Source of the DNA: Octopus vulgaris
Lineage: Eukaryota
DNA length: 64,000 nt
Reading direction: 5' to 3'
NCBI GenBank assembly: GCA_951406725.2
Contig: OX597816.1
Coordinates: 138,694,001 to 138,758,000, forward strand
Shown: positions 27,865-39,591 of the stretch, in pieces
Layout of the letters: the number at the start of each line of letters is the position of its first letter
Position numbering within the stretch: position 1 is the stretch's first letter
The notes under the pieces: model-generated
Database searches by the model: none
The model's input: the letters and a program-made list of their open reading frames with translations, nothing else
What the model was told of the DNA's origin: nothing
Made by a program: the position numbers and the translations under genes

Positions 27865-29419
27865 TAATAAATAAAATAAAACATATGCATATATACATAC
27901 GTATATGTACGTACCTACCTCTACATGTATATATACATGCATATATGGGTACAGGACACCAAAAAAACGTCGAACACAATGAGAAACGGAAACATAAACA
28001 CAAAACTAAGGAAATGGACATTTTTCTTAAACAAAGAAAAAATAGAGTACAGGACATACAATACAAGGAAAATTCCCCTTCTTCAGTTGCCTTTGTTTCA
28101 TATACTCCGCGTTTCGAAGGTCAAGGCAAGGCACGACTTTATGAAGCATTCCTTCCCGCGAAAAGCAAATTAAATAAAATTTGAGATTTTTTTGTGGAGG
28201 GGTAAAAATGGTAACAAAAACAGGACAGTAACGACAGTACAAAATATAAACGGTAAAACACAGGACAAGGAGAATATACATGTGTGTGCATCTGTAAACG
28301 CATGCGTATAGCAGCGTGTAGACCGTGCGTGTAGCGTGTGTGCAAGCGCGTTTGTTGCTGTGTCGTTTTTAGGTGTATGGGTGTATAAAAACAGTCGGAC
28401 ATATGTGCGCATGTGTGTGTGTGTGTCTATGCGTGTGTATGCATGCATGTCTGTATGTGAGCGAGTGTGCATGTCCCTGTTATCAGTAGATGTGTGTATA
28501 CGGGACTGTTGGATAAAGTATGTGTGTGTGGAGTTATACACATATACTATACGTATTACACGCTAGATATACCATACTATATATTACATTTCAGTAATAC
28601 GTGGTATAAAATATATTACTGTCTAGAAATATTGAATTTGACATATTAAATGTACAAGCTAGAGGGAACCGTTAAATTTTAATCTGCTAGAAGTACCAAA
28701 AGAATCACTCCAAAACACATCGTACACCTTAAAAGGGGGAACATTAGTAACGACGGTTATGAATAAACAAAACGTCCCTGGTAAATGCAACTGAAACCCC
28801 TTTAAACATAGATCTTTTGAATCAAGTTGATATGGTTCAAAAGAGCATTCACGATATATTTGTTTTATTTTCGTCGCCATACATACCTGATAAAGTGAAC
28901 TGCTTAACTTCTTGTTATTGTGTTAATCGGAATCTGTTAATGGGTTATTTCGAAAAGAATAGGGAAATCGGTCATTGAATATACGTGAAATGATGTATCT
29001 CGAATCGGCATTTGGAATCTGATCCAAGAGTTCTATAACTTTAATATCATCACGTAGCTTTATATGATGAGGCCACTTCAAATCATAACAAAGACAGTAC
29101 CACAGAAGCAGGGAGAGCTTTTTGAATTTCTCTATTTGTACAGGTACCTTTGAAACAAGTATAAACGCCATATAATCGCACTTATTCCTCGTGTATCTGA
29201 GTATTTGTCTTTATGTATACACATACAGAAACACCTCTCATGCATAAATACATACTTATATAATTAAATAAATATCTGCATACATATGTATGCACACACA
29301 CACATATATAATTAACTTTAAAAAAAAAACGGAAAAAAAGAACAAAAATTTAAAAAACCACGCTAGGACGTGGTACATGGAAATTATTAATAAGACGCTT
29401 CGGGAAGGAAAGAAAGGGT

Positions 29420-29453
29420 GTTTTACGCTTCGAGCGAAGCTCTTCTTCAAAAC
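29420..29453 (-). ncRNA. Degenerate hammerhead motif in a relative of the 22705 element
   Basis: Minus strand GTTTTGAAGA-A-GAGC-TTC-GCTC-GAAGC-GT-A-AAAC; core substitutions present. Confidence 0.45.
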
Positions 29454-29676
29454 AAGAGACAGATGAAAGTCCAAAAGAAAAGGAAGACAGAGGAAAGAAA
29501 ACAGTTTACATGTGGTTAAATATTGGAATACATATATGTGTGTGTATATATATATTTTCGTAAACCTGCCTTCGTCTTTTGTTTATTTTCGTAAACCTTC
29601 CCGTTATGTTGAATCGTTAGCTCCCACACGCATTTTTTTTCTCTCCTTGTTTCTCTCCGTGTTTTTTTTCTGTGTA

Positions 29677-29714
29677 TCTTTCTGTTGAAGAGCGTAGGCT
29701 CGAAACGTAAAAGA
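29677..29714 (+). ncRNA. Minimal hammerhead motif with one core substitution (CTGTTGA), in a partially tandem-duplicated element 29555-29814
   Basis: TCTTT-CTGTTGA-A-GAGC-GTAG-GCTC-GAAAC-GT-A-AAAGA; ~44-bp direct repeat at ~29564-29607 and 29771-29814. Confidence 0.6.
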
Positions 29715-29810
29715 CTTGTTTTATTTCTATTCCTGAGCGCCATACTAATACAATTGTTTGTTTGTACTCCACCTGCCTTCGTCTTTTGTTTATTTTCGTA
29801 AAGCTTCCCG

Positions 29811-29868
<58 letters not shown>

Positions 29869-30588
29869 ACACACACACACATCTGTGTGTGGTTTCCATT
29901 TGTTAGCAGAGAGTAGAACTTGTAAATATATGCCTAACTCGGATCTCCTAAATCAACCACTTCAGGGGGCGCGCTGTTGACTCTTCACTATCATCTTACC
30001 TGGGACAGATTGATGTAGCTGAGGCCATTCCATTTTTTTTCTACCAAGCATTAGCATTGTGCAAGTCGCATTAAAAAAAAAAGGGAAAAAAACTACATTA
30101 ACAAGGATTAGACGACGCATTAAATTTGAGTTTCTGCACTTCCTCAATTCACTGTGACTCTTCCTTTAACAAACAATAAAAGTAAGAGAAAATAAAGGAT
30201 GAATTTCCTTTCTGTACAGCTGCAGGAGAATATTCCGTTATTCACTTGTTATCATTACTTCAGTCTCGTCATATTTTCATAATTGTCTTCTCGTTTAGAA
30301 ATTTAATACTTTGTATTTTGGCAGAAAGCTGAAGACTAATCAGCTTACATTTAAAGACATGACGTTTGAAAGCATTTCTTGAGGCAACTGTCAGAAAGGA
30401 AGCAGGATCAGCGATAATTTGTTGTGAAGAGATTAATTCTTCAAAAGGATATTGAAATGAGAAATTAATTAAATAGTATAAATTCCACTTATACGTAACT
30501 TTTTCCTACGAACAAGTATGGAATTCCGCTTAGATGAAAAAAATAATATGCAGGCTAGAAACAAACGCAAACGAAAGACTGTTAAGAC

Positions 30589-30625
<37 letters not shown>

Positions 30626-30881
30626 ATTGCATATAAATATGTGACTGTTATATATGTGTGTGTGTGCGTATATACATGTGTGCATGTACGTAATGTATGT
30701 ATGTATGTATGTATGTATGTGTGTGTATGTATGTATGTGTGTGTGATGTGTGAGTGTGTGCGTCAGTGTGTCGTTTCGTGCCTGCGTGTATGATTTGGTT
30801 ATGTCATGTCTTCAGATGTATATCAAGTTCACATCTAAGTAGAATATAATTTGTTACTTATAACTGGAAAATATAACTTTC

Positions 30882-30939
<58 letters not shown>

Positions 30940-30950
30940 CATACATATAT

Positions 30951-31013
<63 letters not shown>

Positions 31014-31035
31014 ACACATAGATAGACAGACAAAC

Positions 31036-31082
<47 letters not shown>

Positions 31083-31209
31083 AGGAATAACTTAGAAAGG
31101 TTTTGGCCAGTATTGGCCCAGGCCATGTCTAACTTAATAGCACCACCTTGTGAAGTCTTTCAATTCAGGATTTGGGCACCAAGGCCCATTCGAGCAGAGA
31201 GTTATTGTT

Positions 31210-31262
31210 TGCATCAGCCGGGAATCGAACCCGGGCCGCCCGCGTGGCAGGCGAGCATTCTA
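31210..31262 (-). pseudogene. 5'-truncated tRNA-Gly(GCC) copy
   Basis: Minus strand TAGAATGCTCGCCTGCCACGCGGGCGGCCCGGGTTCGATTCCCGGCTGATGCA has anticodon GCC and an intact T arm; first ~18 nt missing; no CCA. Confidence 0.9.
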
Positions 31263-31505
31263 TATATTAGAAAGGTTAAACAGAAAGAGCATGACGAAGG
31301 GAAACCTAGACGCAAACTGGGCAAAAATATAAAGGCTGTAAAAATAACGGACGGATAAGGAGACAAAGACACCATACAAAGGACATTCGCAGCGAATTTT
31401 TCTCATCAGTTGGCTTTCAAGACATCTTTGTGGTTTCGCACCATTTAAAACCAACACCACCATCATGTTGGAGACGTCGGACCATTACGCTTCAGGAAAA
31501 TTAAT

Positions 31506-31572
<67 letters not shown>

Positions 31573-34548
31573 TAATTCTTTAGTTTGATGATACTAAGGA
31601 GGAGGGGGGAGGAGGCAGAGGAGGAGGAACAAGAGAAGAAGAGGAACAGGAGGAGGAAAGTTTCTACTCACCTCCTCAGCAGCAACAACATAGAGAGCTA
31701 TGAAACTAACAAAAGAGCAGAAAGCGAAAGCACCGAAGTGTTGTCAGTAAAGTTAACTCAAGGTAAAAATCCAGCCTGCGTGAGCCCCAAGTTGAACACT
31801 GAACAGAAAACAAATTGCCTAAAACTAAGCACACAACAAAAATTGATTGAGCCTAGACTCAGAAGCACAAAGTTCAATGTGATTTTGTTGAAGGTTCCCT
31901 TCATAATTGCACGCCTCAGAAGATTAAACATTTCACACTAGGAAGTTGAAAAATGATATGATGAAGAGGTACATAAAAATTTAAAGCGGAGCATATGGTG
32001 ATTCTGAAGAGGCAATCAATCAAATAGTCCCTGACTGGTTAATCCTAGGATATGGCTGAAATTTGAATAAATATACATACATATATACATGGATACATAC
32101 ATACATACATACATGCATGCATGCATACATACATACATACATACATACATACATACATACATACATACATACATACATACATACATACATGCATACATAA
32201 TACATACATACATGCATGCATACATACATACATGCATACATACATACATACATACATATATACATACATACATACATACATACATATGCAGACATACATA
32301 TTTCGATATACACACATAGATACATTCATACACATACATACATATATACATAATACAAGCATAGATATATATTCATATATTTATATATAAATACATGCAT
32401 ACACGCATACATACATACATACACATACACACGCATTTATATATATACATACTTTATGAGAGCATTAAAAATTATGATATAATTATGGAATTCACGCAGA
32501 GAAATGGTTATATAAATACACATCTGGAAAAAAAATGTGCAAATGAAATATGCAAGGGTTCTCAATGACATGGATATTATTGGAAAGCACAGAACCATTA
32601 TCCTTAAGGATTATTGGATAATATATTTACTAAATAATGTGGTCGCAGTAGACACACGCTCGAGCCCACGCGAGCACACACACACACACACATACATATA
32701 TGTATAAGAGCTGGTAGCAAAAAGACAAGTGTTTCTAATTTAGACAAAAGACCAGCAAATTTGAGTGTTAGTCGATAACACCGATCTGTATATTTGACTG
32801 GGTTTTTTTTTTATCGATTCCGAAAGGATAAAAGACAAAGACTGAGCTGGCTAGGCTTGAAAGAAAGAAAAGAAAAGAAACGCCTTGGGACATTCTCCAA
32901 TCGCTGAGAATGGAACAAATTAAGCAGGATCTATATATACACAGGGACTCAATGGTTGCACGCCCATAAGACCCTAGGAATTTATATACAAATATAATAA
33001 TTTTATTAACAACTATACAGCAGAATATTAATATAACAGGGAAATGACATGTTTTAAACAACTTATATCTATTATCAAAATACACTTATCTCAGTTAAAA
33101 AGCTTATAAACCATTTTCTTAGGCAAACCATAGAGAACATGTTTTAATGGAGACCCCTCAAAACCGAGTTTCAAGAAGAGACTAACGCTATTGATACAGA
33201 GTAATGAATTTATTGTTCTCGAAAGGATGAAAGGCAAAACTGACCACGGAGGGATGTGAACTCAAAGCACGGAGACACGGCACGAATATGAAAAAGCTTA
33301 TCTTCCTCGCCTTTCTGGATCGTACGGGCCCCGATATACATGAATAATAGATGTGTATAATCTTCAACTTTTTTACACATTCTAAACATTTGACCACCTT
33401 TTCTCTACAAAAACAAAATATGAAGACACTTCATAAAAATCGCATAATTGTAGTAGTTACAGTAACAGTCATAATTGCATTTTAAAAGTTCAGCTAAAGC
33501 AGGAGTTTTTAACATCTTTCTTCCAGAGAACACCTTCATTACGACTGACAGTGTTGGTGTACTCTATGTGACGGATATAGTGTAAAATGGTTGGATACTA
33601 TAGATCATAAAGTAGATATGTAATATTTGATAAGTCTCTTTTAAATGTAAAGAGCTCAAATCCCGACGCGTTCAGCTATACATTTCATGGTTCCGGTATC
33701 GATAAAATAAAACACTCGTCAAATACTGATAGTGATATAATCAATATGGCATTGTGCTTTCATTTGATTGAATATTACATGCATTAGCATGGCTCTTTCA
33801 AACGAGTTATTTCTTCGTATTTTCAGAGAGGAACCCCACCTCAGATATCATTTTCAGTCGACATTCTTATACAACATCGTTTTTAGTCATGAACATCGTT
33901 GAAAACACTTGTTCATAGCAATAACTGGATGGGAACAGTAAGATACTATTCACGAGTTTCATTTAGTTGTTTGAGATTACTTCAGAAATTCTTGCGTATG
34001 TATAAACCTCGAGTATACTTGCATTTTCTCTTGGATATCCCTAAAGATACGCATATCCTGATTTGAGAACCTCTAAACTGTTACTAATCATCTAAAAAGC
34101 ATAAATACACTTGAATGATACTTATGCAGACGGACTTGTAAACCAGTTATCGCAATCTACATATTGGGTTTGCATTCCTACAAAAAAACGACCGAAAAAG
34201 TTTTCCATTGACCAAACCCGTACGTTTACTTGAATATCACTTCCGTGGCAAACGTCTTCCTGTTTCAGAACTGCTAAAAGCTAGCACTCGCTCATCTAAA
34301 CTAATTAAATAGGTGTTCCATAATCACCAAAACTAATTTAATGTATCTAACATTTCTGCTCATTCTACCAAGCGCATCTCGTTTACTCCCTCTTACAATC
34401 GATCTACATAGATTTCAAATGAATATCAATCTCACCCTATGAGGTATTTATTTATTCGGCGTGTTTCCTATATCGCATATTTTTTAAACTATAGTGTCGT
34501 TACTTACAAGATTCTAACAGGCCAGTTAGCGATTCACTGTATTTCTAG

Positions 34549-34846
34549 CTAGCAGTATCGCCCGGCGTTGCTCGGGTTTGTAAGGGAAATAACTATATAA
34601 CCATTTTTTAGAGAGTTACTTCCCTTATATAATAGCAAAAAATGCATTAAAATGGGAAAAAATTAAGGTAAATTTTTTTTTAAATCGTAGTCTCATCGTA
34701 GACGCGCACTAATACCCAGAAGGGCTCGATATGAATCACGACTATAAGATACCCACTTTTGGTTAAACTGCACCGCAAAATGTGGGAGTAGTTAGGAATC
34801 TAAATCGTAGGAGACAGACACACAACTTCACTTTTATATATAAAGA
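34549..34846 (-). mobile_element. Non-autonomous Helitron, copy 2 (shorter, lacks internal duplication)
   Basis: Minus strand A|TCTTTATATATAAAAGTG ... CCCGAGCAACGCCGGG hairpin, CTAG end. Confidence 0.85.
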
Positions 34847-34967
34847 TATCGAGGTTGAGCAAAGATATTCTATAAAACTCATACGGAATAAACGAAAAAA
34901 GCTTTTCAGAACGCGCACAAACTTATACACATACATATATCCATGCACATATAAACACAAGCATACA

Positions 34968-35075
34968 CATTCTACTTCGGCACTATATATACTAAAAGTG
35001 GAACGATACATAGAAGGTTAGCATGTCCCCTGCGCAAAGATGACACACGAATTCGTGAAGAGTTCCACAGTTTTT
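34968..35075 (+). pseudogene. U6: U6 snRNA pseudogene
   Basis: CTTCGGCAC..TATACTAAAAGTGGAACGATACATAGAAGGTTAGCATGTCCCCTGCGCAAAGATGACAC..ATTCGTGAAG..TTTTT follows U6 end to end; ACAGAGA box mutated to ACATAGA. Confidence 0.92.
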
Positions 35076-35656
35076 CCATTGGTCACAGCTTTAGGGCTCG
35101 AACATACAAAAGAATAAAAGAATAAAGGAATGTGCGTGTGTGTGTAGAGTGTTAGAAGTGGTGCACAGATATTGAATATTAAGAAAAGACGAGGTCGCCA
35201 GAATTTTGGAAAAAGTGTTTTTTTAAATCAAAGAATTCTTTTTCTAAAATTCTGGCGACCTCCGCTTTTCCCAATATATATATCTCTTATTATAAAAGGC
35301 AGATTTTATCTGCCTCCCTTTGTCTCTTATAGAAATCTACAATATAGGATTTCTTCAATTACAATTTACCTAGCATTTTTAAGAGCAGAATGCATCGGGT
35401 CGTGCCAGGTCCGGTTTTTAAAGTTTCAACCCCAATTAAGCAAAATTTAGAGAAAACTCACATTGTGGTGTCTAAGTCAAGTGCTTTTCTTAGTGTGGGC
35501 TATAGCATACGCACACGCACACACACACACAAAAAGGGAGCGATCTGATTCACTCACGCTATCACTCTAATTTCTACGACTTTCTCTTTGCAAGTGTGCA
35601 ACGATTAAAGTGAAAACAGTGAATCCGAGAGCTCCGACAGCGATAAAGAAAATTAA

Positions 35657-36279
35657 TTGGCACCTGAATGGAGTGAAAATTTAAAAACTGTTTCTTTCGG
35701 TGATTTTTCTGAAGAAACTGGACCAAGCCACAGACTTTCCCAGAAGAGTAAAGCCTTAGACTATTTCTTTTTACTTTTTCGAATGAGTCCATTTGAAATC
35801 ATTACGGCGGAAACGAACTGTTACGCTAAACGTAAACAAAGCGAAAGAAAGGATACTTTGTTATTTCCCACAACCTTAAATGAAATTAAGGCCTATTTTG
35901 CCATAAATATTATTATGGGTATCAGAAAGTTACCCAGAATAACAAATTCTATCGTAAAATTTTGTTGTATACCCAATTGAATATTAGCTAATAACCCATT
36001 TTCTATAGCGATGTTTGAACAAAATTTTAATAATTTTATATTTTGTGGAATTTACCTGTATCTATCTGCAATTTGAGTCACTTTGTGACAAAAATTATAG
36101 TATAGAATTGGTTGAGAACATTTCATTAAATTATCTTCCAAAATTCATGTTAATATATTGATAAATAAAAAAGTTATAGTTGTTTAATGAAACCAGATTA
36201 AATTTATGATTACGTTAGAAATTAATTGAAACACATAAGGGGTGTATTTTGGTCAGAAATATAGTAACGAAAGGGTTAA
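35657..36279 (+). mobile_element. piggyBac (PGBD-like) relic: N-terminal transposase fragment plus right terminus
   Basis: LDYFFLLF..FEIITAETNCYA..PTTLNEIKAYFAINIIMGIRKLP; terminus GTAACGAAAGGG|TTAA at 36264-36279. Confidence 0.75.
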
Positions 36280-36387
36280 GAAAAACCAAAAAATATTTTA
36301 TTCTTTATAAATGTTGTGTTCAAAATAACATTTTCTTTTAAGAATGTGTATATAACAAAGTATGTGTATATAACTACGTGGCATATA

Positions 36388-36786
36388 TCTGTATATATAA
36401 AAGTGAAGTTGTGTGTCTGTCTCCTACGATTTAGATTCCTAACTACTCCCACATTTTGCGGTGCAGTTTAACCAAAAGCGGGTATCTTAAAGTCGTGAGA
36501 CATATCGAGCCCTTCTGGGTATTAGCGCGCGTCTACGATGAGTCTACGATTTAAAAAAAATTTACCATCATATTTTTCCATTTTGATGCATTTTTTTCGC
36601 TATTATATAAGGAAAGTAACTCTCTAAAAATATCTACGATGTGTCAACGATTTAAAAAAAAAATTTACCTTAATTTTTTTTTCCATTTTTAATGCATTTT
36701 TTGCTATTTTTTGGCTATAACTCTCTGAAAATGCTTATATAGTTATTTCCCTTACAAACCCGAGCAACGCCGGGCGATACTGCTAG
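36388..36786 (+). mobile_element. Non-autonomous Helitron, copy 3, complete ends
   Basis: A|TCTGTATATATAAAAG start, CCCGAGCAACGCCGGG hairpin, CTAG|T end, no TSD. Confidence 0.88.
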
Positions 36787-36891
36787 TATATATATATACA
36801 CGCACATACATACATATATACACATATATACATATATCGATCTTATATGTGTATCTATCCATCTCTGTGTGTCTGTCTGTCTGTCTCTCCG

Positions 36892-36992
<101 letters not shown>

Positions 36993-37383
36993 ATATATGT
37001 ATGTATCTGTATAAGTATACATATAACTATGTTTGTATATACATAAAAGTCTGCAGAGTTACAAATATCTAATTTCTCTTCCAATGCATTGGATGACCCT
37101 AGCCTATGGTGCAAGATATGTCACTGTTCTATGCAATGAGACCGAACACGGATCGATATGGTTGCGAAGCGAACCTTTTGAACACAACGCATCTGTTCCT
37201 GTGCCTGTATCCTGTCCATACAGTAAGGTCTATTTATTCCTGTCCTGTTTCTTCAGACCACCTAATAAATGAAAAAAAAAAGAAAGAAAACATATATTTA
37301 TTCATTCATTTATGCTCTGCTATTACGCAATATAGTATTAATCACTACAATGATAATGATGATCCGATAATGATGATGACTTG

Positions 37384-37475
37384 ATAACAACATTAATAAC
37401 AACAACAACGTCAATAATAACAGCAACAGCAGCAGCAGCAACAGCAGCAACAACAGCAACAACAACAACAATAAC

Positions 37476-37522
<47 letters not shown>

Positions 37523-37560
37523 TGATAATAATAATAATATTAATATTAATAATAATAATG

Positions 37561-37633
<73 letters not shown>

Positions 37634-37635
37634 TG

Positions 37636-37729
<94 letters not shown>
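37384..37729. repeat. (CAA)/(CAG)/(TAA)n array
   Basis: Direct reading. Confidence 0.95.
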
Positions 37730-38240
37730 GTGTTATCATGGAAGTGTTATCATGTACATTGTTTTGTCTTGGTATAAAAGATGGGCTACAGCAAATATTC
37801 TGCTTAATACCACAGATTTGCTTGTCAGTTGTTTGACCTTAACCAGTTGAGCATGTCCCTTAGTGGCTGACGATATGTGCATCTCTGATCACGAGCAGAA
37901 GTAGTGGGGGAGCATCATAGCCATGTGTTGAGAGGGATTCTTTGGGGTTTGAATAATTCACCTCTGGAAACATGGGTGGTTCTTTCAACATCCTTGAACA
38001 ACCCTTATTCAGGGACCGTTTGAGCGGGATGGGCTACTCAACCTGAAGAAAATTCTAACTGGGCCCCACCTGCAAGGTCATGTGCTGTTTATCTTGATAT
38101 GAGATCACCATGTCGCGCACATATGGTTGTGATGCATGTGCCTGGTGTACCTTTATCAGACGGGTAGTCATGATGGGTATATTGGGCTTCGTATATTTTA
38201 CCCCGGTGTCACTTTGATGGCATGAACTGCTCTCTCACTC
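37730..38240 (+). mobile_element. Unclassified ~510-bp non-coding insertion inside (TAA)n
   Basis: Complex, higher-GC block with sharp boundaries and (TAA)n on both sides; strand assumed by analogy with the Dong-type ends. Confidence 0.5.
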
Positions 38241-38312
<72 letters not shown>

Positions 38313-38424
38313 AAGAAGAAGAATTGAAGGAACCCTGCCCTGGTAGTAGCTGGACGTGTCTTTCGCTGCTCTGATAAGTCAGCAGCTGAAGACACAGGAA
38401 TTCTACAACAACTGAAAAACAACT

Positions 38425-39120
38425 TTTAAAAACTGGAATATCTAAAAGTCTCCGTGAGTACCTAAAATCTCATTCTAATTAGCTTTAAAAACCTGATTAT
38501 CTACAATTCTCTCTGGATGAACACACAAACAATCATCTTTAAAAACTTTAATATCTACAATTTCCTATGAATACCCAAATCTCTTCTTTTCTCTCTGACT
38601 AGCCAAATATGTAAACATCCCTTTTTTTCTCTGCAAGAACACTCTTAGACGCCTCCGGTTATCCAACTGAAGCAATTTATATATATAGAAATTATATATA
38701 TATATATATATACAGACATTCTATTACAACCCAAAAACATTTTTTTGAAAGCTGAAGTATCTATAATCCTCTGTGAGTATTTAAAATCTCATTCTAAATA
38801 ACTTGACTATCTACAGTATTCTCTGGACGGACACACAAACGATCATCATTAAAATCTTTAATATCTACAATATTATGTGGAAAGTAAAACTTCCCGTGAA
38901 CACACAAACGATTATCTTTAAGAACTTTAATATCTACACTATACTCTGAATAGCCAAATATGTAAAAAATTCTCTGCAAGAGCACTCTTAAACGCCTCTG
39001 GCTATCTTTACTTAAACAATTTACAGGCTTAAAAACTTGATTATATTCAGTTTTCACTGGACGAACACACAAATGATCATCTTTAAAAACTTTAATATCT
39101 ACAATCTTATGTGAAAAAAA
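38425..39120 (+). repeat. Degenerate minisatellite of ~50-60-bp units
   Basis: Recurrent ACACACAAACGATCATCTTTAAAAACTTTAATATCTACA; resumes after the SINE at ~39553-39580. Confidence 0.8.
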
Positions 39121-39123
39121 AAT

Positions 39124-39543
39124 GCGCAGGAGTGGCTGTGTGGTAAGTAGCTTGCTAACCAGCCACATGGTTCCGGGTTCAGTCCAACTGCGTGGCATCT
39201 TGGGCAAGTGTCTTCTGCTATAGCCCCGGGCCGACCAATGCCTTGTGAGTGGATTTGGTAGACGGAAACTGAAAGAAGCCTGTCGTATATATGTATATAT
39301 ATATATATATATGTGTGTATGTGTGTGTGTTTGTGTGTTTGTCCCCCTAGCATTGCTTGACAACCGATGCTGGTGTGTTTACGTCACCGTCACTTAGCGG
39401 TTCGGCAAAAGAGACCGATAGAATAAGTACTGGGCTTACAAAGAATAAGTCCCGGGGTCGATTTGCTCGACTAAAGGCGGTGCTCCAGCATGGCCGCAGT
39501 CTAATGACTGAAACAAGTAAAAGAGTAAAAGAGTAAAGAGAGT
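39124..39543 (+). mobile_element. Family A SINE, full length
   Basis: GCGCAGGAGTGGCTGTGTGG head to (TAAAAGAG)n tail; highly similar to the 7951 copy. Confidence 0.9.
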
Positions 39544-39591
39544 AATTGCTAAACACACACAAACGATCATCTTTAATATAAACATTGTACT

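Noticed and set aside
28923-29171. 82-aa complex-sequence ORF on the minus strand
   Set aside because: No recognisable family or clear splice sites; a cryptic exon cannot be excluded without RNA-seq or BLAST
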